In this document: one piece after another, positions 32,010 to 40,527 of the stretch
How positions within the stretch are numbered: the stretch's first letter is position 1
How the letters are laid out: each line of letters begins with the position of its first letter
Assembly (NCBI GenBank): GCA_035340715.1
Contig: DAOQTX010000002.1
Location: forward strand, 1,537 to 65,536
Direction of reading: 5' to 3'
DNA length: 64,000 nt
Source: Bacteroidia bacterium
GTDB lineage: Bacteria > Bacteroidota > Bacteroidia > AKYH767-A > OLB10
Notes under the pieces: generated by a model
Told to the model about the DNA's origin: nothing
The model's input: only the letters and a program-made list of their open reading frames with translations
The model's database searches: none
Translations under genes and position numbers: made by a program

Positions 32010-32938
32010 GCTTGCGAGTCTATTCCTAATGGATGATACATGGTTACTTTATTAGCCAAATAAGCATCGACCATGACTTGATGTAGCTTGTATGCATCAA
32101 GTACAATACATTTTGCTTTTCCAATTTGAATTTCTTTCAAAACGTTTTCTTTTATAAAAATTGGCTTCAATGCATCGCAATCTCTGGTTGAAGAAACTGT
32201 TGGATCATGCACTTTTGTTTTCATGATATGTGCATTACCATTATCATCAATCATTTTAACTTCGTATGTTGTATTAAGATAGACTGGAAGATTGAATTCT
32301 TTTATGTCCTCTAACGTATGCAAATTGGTTAAACTTTGATTCATAGTTACTCCAATGAGTAAAATCTTTCCATTTTGATTACAAAGTTTTCTGAAGGGAC
32401 TATTTTCAGAAAATGGTGTTAATTCTCCAAAATGTGAGTTGGTTAAATGATCCGCCAAGGGACCTCTTGCACAGACGGGATGTGTAGGATGAAAGCTTCT
32501 TTTTACTCCAGGCATTTTTCTGAATATCTCAGTAACCATACCCATTTGCGAAGGTGTATTCAATTGATCAAATGTAAAGTTTCCCTTTTGAATGGTTGTA
32601 GCAGCATCTTCTCGTATAGGGAAGGAGGGCATGGCTAAGGTTCCATTTGTCCCTATGCAATGTAACAAGGCTTCGATTAGAGTGTTTGCACCATTTTCAA
32701 TTTTACCAATTTTTCTCAGCGAGCTATGAACCATAAGCAAATCATCATTTGTGATTCCGGCTTCTATTAAATCTTGAATAAGATCTTCTTTGCTTAAGAC
32801 TGATTCGGTTGAAAGGTAATTTCGGAAAATATTACGTGATTTACGCTTAGCAGATCTCAGAAATGAAAAAACTGATGGGAATGACTTTCTGAATTTTCCA
32901 TGCAGAAGCATAAAGTATTTATTTTCATACAAGCTCAT
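32006..32938 (-). CDS. AAC(3)-family (Antibiotic_NAT) acetyltransferase
   Basis: LLMVHSSLRKIGKIENGANTLIEALLHCIGTNGTLAMPSF matches the aminoglycoside 3-N-acetyltransferase family signature. Confidence 0.65.
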   Translation of the reverse strand: MSLYENKYFMLLHGKFRKSFPSVFSFLRSAKRKSRNIFRNYLSTESVLSKEDLIQDLIEAGITNDDLLMVHSSLRKIGKIENGANTLIEALLHCIGTNGTLAMPSFPIREDAATTIQKGNFTFDQLNTPSQMGMVTEIFRKMPGVKRSFHPTHPVCARGPLADHLTNSHFGELTPFSENSPFRKLCNQNGKILLIGVTMNQSLTNLHTLEDIKEFNLPVYLNTTYEVKMIDDNGNAHIMKTKVHDPTVSSTRDCDALKPIFIKENVLKEIQIGKAKCIVLDAYKLHQVMVDAYLANKVTMYHPLGIDSQA

Positions 32939-34248
32939 TTTGTTGCGTACTCAACCATTTGTTCATAAACGGTACTCCATCCTTTCCAATCTCTTCTTTC
33001 ACTAAGTGATTCATTATGCCATAAACTGATAAAAGTTCCATTTACTTTTTTTACCTGATCAATCATGGGTATGATATGTGATAAAGCTTGATCAGGTTCA
33101 ATTTTCATATAATATTTTAATGTAGCATCCATTACGCCAAAAGGATGTACTCTTAAATTGGTTTCTTTTTCTTGGTCAATGTCGTAAAACAAAAAAGAAG
33201 AGCAAGTTCCTGCTCTGAACCCCACTTCATTAGCATAGCCCATGCTATAATCATCTGTTATATCGTGTTCAATCAATTTACGATAGGTTTCAGGCAAACG
33301 TATTTTTAAGAAATGTTGTCTACTTTGATAAATATCTCTACGTAGGATTTTTGATAGATGATTGATTTCTTTCTTAAGTCGATCGGGTTCTTTGTTTGAT
33401 CCGTATGATGGATGAATGCCTACATCGGCATAGTCGGCAAGTGATTTAATCAGCGATTGAAACTTTCTGTTTTCAATAGGAACGTTCTTATCGTTTTCGC
33501 CATATTTACCTAACAAGATAAAGTACAAGACTTTTAAATTGTACTTTTTCATGATATCCAATTGATAATCATACGTATCATATGGGTCCTGTGTTTTTCC
33601 GCTGATAACACTAAGCCTTTCTTTAATATCGGCCAGATCAAATTTTAGAAGTGATCTCAAAAAAGCACCGCCTGTACGCATAAAACCTTTTTCAAGAAAA
33701 GCATACGCATTGTCGATATCCAAGCTGGAGATGTACTTGTAGTTTCTTTTCTTATAAGGCAGGTTTGGATATTTTTGAAGAATCATTTTCTGAAACTTCA
33801 TAGCATAAAGATCGACCAGAGGCAGATGTAAAAAATTATGTGTATGAGCGAATGAGTTTTGTGCAATGTATCGGTCGTGTTGATCTCTTACGTGCGGAAG
33901 ATATTCTTCGTACCGACTCACCATGAAAAACGTAGCTGCAAATACATCAAAAGGGATATCGTACTTAGGGTGAGTTGCAAAAAAGGCAGGTAAATTGTCC
34001 CAATAGAATATGTTTAAATCCTGATCTTCTATTCCTTTTTTGAACAACAGGTTTTCTGAATAAACGAAAAACTCATTGTCAAGTAATTTATCAGAGTAAT
34101 TTATTTTCGGTCCATCGTAAGACCTGAATTCATGCGCTTTAAGTGTAAATCGAAACTCAAATCCACATAGTTCTTTTAAGAAAAAGTTCAGTGTGTACTG
34201 TAATCGACTTGATTCTTTGTGTGAGTAAACCAATATATAGGCGCTCAT
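32935..34248 (-). CDS. orphan hypothetical protein (437 aa), possibly deacetylase-like
   Basis: No clear motif. The segment IHPSYGS...QSRQHFLKIRLPETY is faintly deacetylase-like. Confidence 0.3.
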   Translation of the reverse strand: MSAYILVYSHKESSRLQYTLNFFLKELCGFEFRFTLKAHEFRSYDGPKINYSDKLLDNEFFVYSENLLFKKGIEDQDLNIFYWDNLPAFFATHPKYDIPFDVFAATFFMVSRYEEYLPHVRDQHDRYIAQNSFAHTHNFLHLPLVDLYAMKFQKMILQKYPNLPYKKRNYKYISSLDIDNAYAFLEKGFMRTGGAFLRSLLKFDLADIKERLSVISGKTQDPYDTYDYQLDIMKKYNLKVLYFILLGKYGENDKNVPIENRKFQSLIKSLADYADVGIHPSYGSNKEPDRLKKEINHLSKILRRDIYQSRQHFLKIRLPETYRKLIEHDITDDYSMGYANEVGFRAGTCSSFLFYDIDQEKETNLRVHPFGVMDATLKYYMKIEPDQALSHIIPMIDQVKKVNGTFISLWHNESLSERRDWKGWSTVYEQMVEYATK

Positions 34249-34266
34249 ATTCTATATGTTAAACTC

Positions 34267-35406
34267 CTATTTTAAAATGATATTACAAATAAGCTCTGCT
34301 GCATTCCCTTCACCATAAAAGGAAGGATAGGTATAATCATTCTTCGAATATAAATGGTTAAAAGATTGAACTATTAATTCCTGATCAGCTGCTGCCAATC
34401 GGTTGTTCCCATTTTCTACCAATTCAATCCATTCTGTCTCGGGTCTGAGCACTACACAAGGTTTCTTAAAGAAGAAAGCTTCTTTTTGAACTCCACCGGA
34501 GTCGGTTAGAACAATACGACTATTGCTTTCTAAGGCGATCATATCTAAAAAACTTACAGGATCAATAATCAATAAGTTGTTTTGTTTCTTTATATCGGAT
34601 AAAAGGCTTTCAGAAAGATTACTACTCATTAATTTCTTTGTACGTGGATGAAGTGGAAGTACAATTTTTAAGGACTGCGTTTTGATGATTTCAAGTAGTG
34701 AGAGAAAAATATTTTCAAAATTCACTTTGTTATCGGTATTATGATCGCGATGCACAGTGCATAATGAAAAATTGTTCGGAGATAGATTGAGATCTTTCAA
34801 TATGGTGGAAGATGATTTTGCCTTTTGTTCAAAGAAGATGCTGTTGTCGTACATAATGTCTCCACTCAAAAATATTCCAGGCTCATCAGCAGAATATGGA
34901 CCTTTTGATTGTAAGGAAAATCCTTCGTGCTCTAAATTTTGCATAGCTGAAGAAGTAGGGCAGAAGAGAAAGGTAGCAAGATGATCGCAAACAATTCGAT
35001 TTACTTCTTCGGGCATTTTCTTATTAAACGATCTCAATCCGGCTTCGATGTGTATGCAAGGGATGTGTAATTTAGAAGCGGCCAATGATCCGGCCAGAGT
35101 ACTATTGGTGTCACCGTAAACCAAAACAAAATCGGGTTTGTTTTTTAAGCACACCTCTTCAATGCCAACCAACATTTCGCTCGTTTGTTTACCATGGGTA
35201 TTTGAACCCACATTCAGATTCATGTCCGGTTTGGGAATTTCCAATTCCTGAAAAAAAACATCGGACATATTATGATCGTAATGTTGACCGGTATGCAGAA
35301 TGGTTTCTTCGATTTGACCTTTGAACGAGTTACGAATGCAACGGCTCATAGCGGATGCTTTAATAATCTGAGGGCGTGCCCCGATGATTGTAAGTACTTT
35401 TATCAC
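34267..35406 (-). CDS. wecB: UDP-N-acetylglucosamine 2-epimerase (WecB/NeuC family)
   Basis: MIKVLTIIGARPQIIKASAM, HTGQHYD and GDTNSTLAG motifs. Confidence 0.85.
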   Translation of the reverse strand: MIKVLTIIGARPQIIKASAMSRCIRNSFKGQIEETILHTGQHYDHNMSDVFFQELEIPKPDMNLNVGSNTHGKQTSEMLVGIEEVCLKNKPDFVLVYGDTNSTLAGSLAASKLHIPCIHIEAGLRSFNKKMPEEVNRIVCDHLATFLFCPTSSAMQNLEHEGFSLQSKGPYSADEPGIFLSGDIMYDNSIFFEQKAKSSSTILKDLNLSPNNFSLCTVHRDHNTDNKVNFENIFLSLLEIIKTQSLKIVLPLHPRTKKLMSSNLSESLLSDIKKQNNLLIIDPVSFLDMIALESNSRIVLTDSGGVQKEAFFFKKPCVVLRPETEWIELVENGNNRLAAADQELIVQSFNHLYSKNDYTYPSFYGEGNAAELICNIILK

Positions 35407-35414
35407 AATTCGAT

Positions 35415-36101
35415 TTATATTAAACCTTCATCGGCAAAACTAAAATAATTTGAGCCTGCAATAATAATATGATCAATCAAGTTTAATTCTAACATTTTAC
35501 CGGCTTCCTTTAATTTTGACGTTATTTTTTTATCCTCATCACTTGGAAAAGGAGATTCGCTTGGATGATTGTGCGCTACGATAATTCCATGTGCCTGCAT
35601 CTCAATAGCCATCTTAAAAATCAATTTAGGATCTACCACCGTTCCTGACATTCCACCTTTACTCAATTTAATTTTCTTAATCAGTTTGTTCGCTCTATTT
35701 AAACAGATCACATGAAATTCTTCGTGATTTAAATCCTCTAAATCCGTTCGAAAAAGTTCAAACGCATCTCTGCTGCTTTTTATTTGCGATTTGGTTCGGG
35801 CTTCTTCTTCACGTCTTCTTTTGCCAATTTCCAATGCAGCAGACAAGGTAATGGCTTTAACCTTGCCTATACCTTTAGTCTTTATTAAATCAGGTATGGA
35901 TTTTCGAGAGAGTTCAGCCCAATTGTACTGATGTTCACTGAGCAACTCTCTTGCAAGAGTGATGGCATTTTTCTTAGTAGTACCTGTTCGGAGTAAAATG
36001 GCTAAGAGTTCAGCATCACTCAGCGAAGAAGCTCCATTTTTCTCGAGCTTTTCACGAGGTTTGTCATCATTATTTAGCTTTCGTATTTGTTGATCTTCCA
36101 T
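35415..36101 (-). CDS. radC: DNA repair protein RadC (JAB/MPN domain)
   Basis: HhH-like N-terminus and JAMM motif HNHPSESPFPSDED. Confidence 0.8.
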   Translation of the reverse strand: MEDQQIRKLNNDDKPREKLEKNGASSLSDAELLAILLRTGTTKKNAITLARELLSEHQYNWAELSRKSIPDLIKTKGIGKVKAITLSAALEIGKRRREEEARTKSQIKSSRDAFELFRTDLEDLNHEEFHVICLNRANKLIKKIKLSKGGMSGTVVDPKLIFKMAIEMQAHGIIVAHNHPSESPFPSDEDKKITSKLKEAGKMLELNLIDHIIIAGSNYFSFADEGLI

Positions 36102-36119
36102 TTTAGCTACGGTGAAGAT

Positions 36120-36154
36120 AAAAAAATAGCCCTTCCTGTGTTTCAGAAAGGGCT
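36120..36154 (-). terminator. rho-independent terminator after rpsT
   Basis: On the minus strand, AGCCCTT-loop-AAGGGCT followed by ATTTTTTT. Confidence 0.6.
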
Positions 36155-36175
36155 TTATATAGAATGATCGTTTGG

Positions 36176-36430
36176 TTATTTTAAACTATTCACGTGTTTA
36201 ACTAAGCTCGACTTTAAGTTCGATGCTTTGTTTTTATGAATAATATTCTTTTTAGAGAGTTTGTCGAGCATACTTACTACTTGAGGTAATAAGGTATTTG
36301 CTTCTTTCTTATCGGTAGCAGTTCTTAATTTCTTAATAACTGTACGTGTACTTTTAGCCTGATAACGGTTAGTTACACGCTTTTTGTCGTTAGCACGAAT
36401 GCGTTTAATTGCTGATTTGTGATTTGCCAT
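36176..36430 (-). CDS. rpsT: 30S ribosomal protein S20
   Basis: MANHKSAIKRIR N-terminus. 84 aa and basic. Confidence 0.9.
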   Translation of the reverse strand: MANHKSAIKRIRANDKKRVTNRYQAKSTRTVIKKLRTATDKKEANTLLPQVVSMLDKLSKKNIIHKNKASNLKSSLVKHVNSLK

Positions 36431-36447
36431 TTTCTTTCAATCTTTAG

Positions 36448-36519
36448 TAGCCCGTAGGGGAATCGAACCCCTGTTTCCTCCGTGAAAGGGAGATGTCCTA
36501 ACCCCTAGACGAACGGGCC
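36448..36519 (-). tRNA. tRNA-Glu (anticodon TTC)
   Basis: Folds manually into a cloverleaf. Acceptor GGCCCGT/ACGGGCT, D-loop containing GG, anticodon loop CTTTCAC, T-loop TTCGATT. Confidence 0.85.
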
Positions 36520-36580
36520 TTTGGTTAAAAAAGAGGTGCAAAGGTAGAGGTATTTTTGTTTTCCACAAACAAAAATTAAA

Positions 36581-37264
36581 CTATTCGGGTTTATTTTGTT
36601 CGTTTTGGAACTTAAAGCCTAATCTTTTGCCAGTACTAATACTTGAACTCAAGCTATTGGCGTCCAATTCTTGCATAGATACACGGTAAACTTGCTCAAT
36701 AGGAGGTACAAATAGATCTTCTTGTAAACAGCCGATGATAACCGTTTCTAATAGATTGCAAATTACATCTTCCGTTAAAATCGAATTGGCAAAGTCATTA
36801 TACAAAAATCCAAGTTGTCCCTTTCCTTCTATGAAAAAGTGATTTTCTGCATTGATAAAGATTCGACCAACTAAAATTCCAATATCGTTGGTGCGCTGAT
36901 ATTTGAATGAGTCGTTTAAAAAGTTATAGATTGAGATCATTCCGCAGTGAGCTCTCAAAGGGTTTTCAGCAACGTAACTGGTCTTCCATAAGCTGTGGGA
37001 AGATTCGAAGGTAAATACATTTGTGTGGTGTACGAATACCAATAAATCGTCTGAGATGGTAAGGTTTACTTCAAACTCACTATCAGATTCAACTTTTAAA
37101 GGAATTCTTGGGTCAATTTTCTCCAGTTTCTTTTTTAATTCATCATGCATCAACTTCAATTTATTATGGATCAAATTAAAATTTGAACCAGTTTGTTCAA
37201 TTATTTGAAGATGCATGGGCCCTCTAATTTTTAATAGTTTAAAAACATTATCAAATTTCTCCAT
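36581..37264 (-). CDS. hypothetical protein (227 aa), translationally coupled to proS
   Basis: Start lies 3 nt after the proS stop. No motif I can recognise. Confidence 0.4.
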   Translation of the reverse strand: MEKFDNVFKLLKIRGPMHLQIIEQTGSNFNLIHNKLKLMHDELKKKLEKIDPRIPLKVESDSEFEVNLTISDDLLVFVHHTNVFTFESSHSLWKTSYVAENPLRAHCGMISIYNFLNDSFKYQRTNDIGILVGRIFINAENHFFIEGKGQLGFLYNDFANSILTEDVICNLLETVIIGCLQEDLFVPPIEQVYRVSMQELDANSLSSSISTGKRLGFKFQNEQNKPE

Positions 37265-37266
37265 TA

Positions 37267-38742
37267 TTAGTACGCTTTTGCAAATAATACTCTTTGAATC
37301 GATTTATTACCGGTTAATATACATTTTCCTTCTTCTAATTTATTGTTCAAAGGAATACATCGTATTGTTGCTTTAGTTTTTTCTTTTATCAATTGTTCTG
37401 TTGCTCCGGTTCCATCCCAGTGTGCTAATACAAATCCACCTTTGGTATTTAGCAAATCAGTAAATTCTTCCCAGGTATCAGCACGGTGCGTATTCTCATT
37501 TCTAAAATCGAGTGCTTTGTTGTATAAATTTTGTTGAATTTGATTTAAAAGAGCGGACACTTTAATTCCTAAATCAATATTTTGCATGTTTTGTTTTTCC
37601 TTGGTATCTCTCCGTGCCAGTTCAATGGTATTGTTCTCCATGTCTCTTGGTCCAATAGCAATGCGAATGGGAATTCCTTTGAGTTCATATTCAGCAAACT
37701 TGAATCCCGGTTTTTGATTATCGCGCTGATCTAGATGAACTCTTACTTGATTTTTTTCCAGTTCACTTTTAATTTGTTGACCATACTCAATTACTTTTTG
37801 TTGCTCTTCTTCAGTCTTATAAATCGGAACAATTACAACCTGGTTTGGAGCGAGTTTTGGTGGAAGAATTAAGCCATCATCATCGCTATGTGCCATTACC
37901 AAAGCGCCCATCAAACGAGTCGATACTCCCCAAGATGTTGCCCAAACATATTCTTGATTGCCGTTTTGTGTGGTAAATTTAACATCAAATGCTTTGGCAA
38001 AATTTTGGGCAAGAAAATGTGATGTTCCTGCTTGCAAAGCTTTTCGATCCTGCATTAGTGCTTCAATACAATAGGTGATTTCTGCGCCAGCAAATCTTTC
38101 ATTTTCTGTTTTTACTCCTTTGATAACAGGCAATGCCATAAAATTCTCGGCAAAATCAGAATAAACATCGAGCATTAATTCAGCTTCAGTTATCGCTTCT
38201 TCTTTTGTGGCATGAGCAGTATGTCCTTCTTGCCAAAGAAACTCTGCAGTTCGTAGAAACAATCGTGTTCTCATTTCCCATCGTACCACATTTGCCCATT
38301 GATTTATGAGTAAGGGTAAATCTCTGTAGGATTGAATCCAATTTCTATACGTGCTCCAGATAATGGTTTCGGATGTAGGTCGAATGATCAACTCTTCTTC
38401 AAGTTTAGCATCAGGATCTACTACGACTTCTTTTCCATCATCACTGTTCTTTAATCGGTAATGAGTAACGACTGCACATTCTTTTGCAAAGCCTTCAACA
38501 TGCTTTGCTTCTTTACTTAAAAATGATTTTGGTATGAAGATAGGGAAGTAAGCATTTTGATGGCCGGTGTCTTTAAACATCTTATCTAAGGCTTGTTGCA
38601 TTCTTTCCCAAATGCCAAATCCGTAGGGCTTTATAACCATGCAGCCACGTACAGCACTGTTTTCGGCCAATCCCGCTTTGATCACCAGGTCTTGATACCA
38701 TTCATTATAATTTAATTCACGAGTTGTTATTTGCTTTGCCAT
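37267..38742 (-). CDS. proS: proline--tRNA ligase (archaeal/eukaryotic-type ProRS)
   Basis: 491 aa class II core with a C-terminal Zn-binding-like domain, the form found in Bacteroidota. Confidence 0.85.
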   Translation of the reverse strand: MAKQITTRELNYNEWYQDLVIKAGLAENSAVRGCMVIKPYGFGIWERMQQALDKMFKDTGHQNAYFPIFIPKSFLSKEAKHVEGFAKECAVVTHYRLKNSDDGKEVVVDPDAKLEEELIIRPTSETIIWSTYRNWIQSYRDLPLLINQWANVVRWEMRTRLFLRTAEFLWQEGHTAHATKEEAITEAELMLDVYSDFAENFMALPVIKGVKTENERFAGAEITYCIEALMQDRKALQAGTSHFLAQNFAKAFDVKFTTQNGNQEYVWATSWGVSTRLMGALVMAHSDDDGLILPPKLAPNQVVIVPIYKTEEEQQKVIEYGQQIKSELEKNQVRVHLDQRDNQKPGFKFAEYELKGIPIRIAIGPRDMENNTIELARRDTKEKQNMQNIDLGIKVSALLNQIQQNLYNKALDFRNENTHRADTWEEFTDLLNTKGGFVLAHWDGTGATEQLIKEKTKATIRCIPLNNKLEEGKCILTGNKSIQRVLFAKAY

Positions 38743-38847
38743 AGGATATCTTTGTTTTATTCTTGGTACAGTAATTGAAATATGAATTGTGCGACAAAAG
38801 TCTTAAACAAAATTTACTTAAGCAATTAGTCGTTAAACCAAAGTAAT

Positions 38848-40509
38848 ATGAATACGTCAAACATTAAAACCAGCAAGAACATGAAAGCAAAAGCAATTTT
38901 AATTATCGCTTCCATGTTGGGGATTTACAGTTGTACATCCACTTCATACACCTCATCATCTCGAAACATGGACGATGTTTACTACAGTGAAAATCAATCA
39001 GAGCCTATCTTCATGGGCAACTCATCTTCGTCCGAAGATAATAGTTCAAGTGGAGAAATTACAAGTGAGTATGAATCAATTTCATCATCTCAGTCGAATG
39101 AAGGCAGTGATGATAATCGTTTTTCATATGATGAACCAAGTGAACCGAGTCAGGAATATTCAACTGATCCATCCAATAGTGAAAGATATAGAGATGAAAG
39201 TGGTAATACCTATGTGACCAACAATTACTATGGAGACTATTACGATTATGAGTATAGTTCTCGTTTAAGACGATTCTATCGCCCGTCCTCATATGGATAT
39301 TATCATAGTTATTATACTAACAGTTATTATTATACCTACCATCCTAATCATTGGGGATTGAGTATTTATTTAGGTTATAATTTTTGGTATCCACCAGTTT
39401 CGGTTTCTTTTGGATGGGGTAGTCCGGGATATTATGGCTCAAGTTGGTATGGATATAATCCTTATGGATGGTCAAGTCCAATTTATCCTTCGTATTATTT
39501 CGGCTATGGAAGTCCTTACGGATATTATGGAAGTAGTTACTACAATGGATATTATGCGGGTTATTGGAATGGTTATTACCAAGGATATTATAATTCCGTA
39601 TATGGTCCTTACGGTTACCCACATATCAACCCATACTATTGCAATACTTATGATGGCTCACTTGGATATTATTATGGTCCACGAAGTGGTGGTAGTGGTG
39701 AGAACAACAACCCTGTGCAAGCTTCAGGACCTAGAACGATTCAAAATAGTCTTTACCAGAACATGGTATATAATAATGATGGACCAAAAACTCCTACATT
39801 TGAAAGCGATGTAAAAGGTCCTGGAAAAACTCCGGTTCAAAGTGTTTCTCCTGTAAAGGGATCACCCAATGATGTTTCTCCAAGCATTGGATCCGGTCAT
39901 ACCGATGTTGCCCCGGTTAAAGGAAATAGTAGTGTGTCTCCTGTTAAAGGAAATACCGATGTCGCTCCAGTAAAAGGTAATAGTGAAACAAATCCTGTTA
40001 AAGGAAATAGTCATAGTGAGACAGTTAGCCCTGTTAAAGATCCTAGGACTATTAGTCAGCCAGGGAATAATTCTTCAGAAACAGCTCCAACCAAAAATAA
40101 CCCTATTAAAACGGAGCCTGCTCCAAAGCCAAGGCCTTATCAGTCTCCTTCATATGAGCAGCCAAAGAATAATCAACCTGGTGTGGATTCTCCTCGTGAC
40201 AATAATAATGTTACACCAAGAAGTCCAAACGTTGCTCCTTCAAAATCACCTCGACCAAGAAGTAGTTACGATTCACCTAGAAACTACGGAAATTCTACAA
40301 AAGGAAATAGTTGGAACTCGAATGATGTGAAGAGTAGTCAACCCAAGAGTAATTCACCTCGACCTTCAATTCAATCAGGTGGTTCGGGAATTAAAAGTAC
40401 TCCAAGAAATAATAACTCCAGTTCTGGTGTTAGTTCTAGTCCTCGCAACTCAAACTCGGGGAGTAATAGTCCAAGTAGTGGCGGATCGAAAAGGACCCCT
40501 AGAAATTAA
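38848..40509 (+). CDS. secreted low-complexity protein with an acidic segment, a Tyr/Gly/Ser-rich segment and tandem PVKGN repeats
   Basis: Possible lipoprotein signal if it starts at the Met at 38881 (MKAKAILIIASMLGIYSC). Extreme compositional bias. Several long alternative-frame ORFs in the same region are treated as artefacts. Confidence 0.55.
   Translation: MNTSNIKTSKNMKAKAILIIASMLGIYSCTSTSYTSSSRNMDDVYYSENQSEPIFMGNSSSSEDNSSSGEITSEYESISSSQSNEGSDDNRFSYDEPSEPSQEYSTDPSNSERYRDESGNTYVTNNYYGDYYDYEYSSRLRRFYRPSSYGYYHSYYTNSYYYTYHPNHWGLSIYLGYNFWYPPVSVSFGWGSPGYYGSSWYGYNPYGWSSPIYPSYYFGYGSPYGYYGSSYYNGYYAGYWNGYYQGYYNSVYGPYGYPHINPYYCNTYDGSLGYYYGPRSGGSGENNNPVQASGPRTIQNSLYQNMVYNNDGPKTPTFESDVKGPGKTPVQSVSPVKGSPNDVSPSIGSGHTDVAPVKGNSSVSPVKGNTDVAPVKGNSETNPVKGNSHSETVSPVKDPRTISQPGNNSSETAPTKNNPIKTEPAPKPRPYQSPSYEQPKNNQPGVDSPRDNNNVTPRSPNVAPSKSPRPRSSYDSPRNYGNSTKGNSWNSNDVKSSQPKSNSPRPSIQSGGSGIKSTPRNNNSSSGVSSSPRNSNSGSNSPSSGGSKRTPRN
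39846..40044 (+). repeat. 27-nt tandem repeat inside the CDS, encoding x-x-[SA]-PVKG-[NSD]
   Basis: About six copies. The core CCTGTTAAAGGAAATA recurs with small variation. Confidence 0.7.
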
Positions 40510-40527
40510 CAATTAATTCTGATTATT

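Noticed and set aside
39059-40330. Several long alternative-frame ORFs (77-134 aa) on both strands inside the low-complexity gene
   Set aside because: They lie entirely within a strongly repetitive, compositionally biased coding region where stop codons are depleted in all frames. None has a start context or signal peptide, and the 553-aa frame is the only one with a signal sequence and coherent domain structure.
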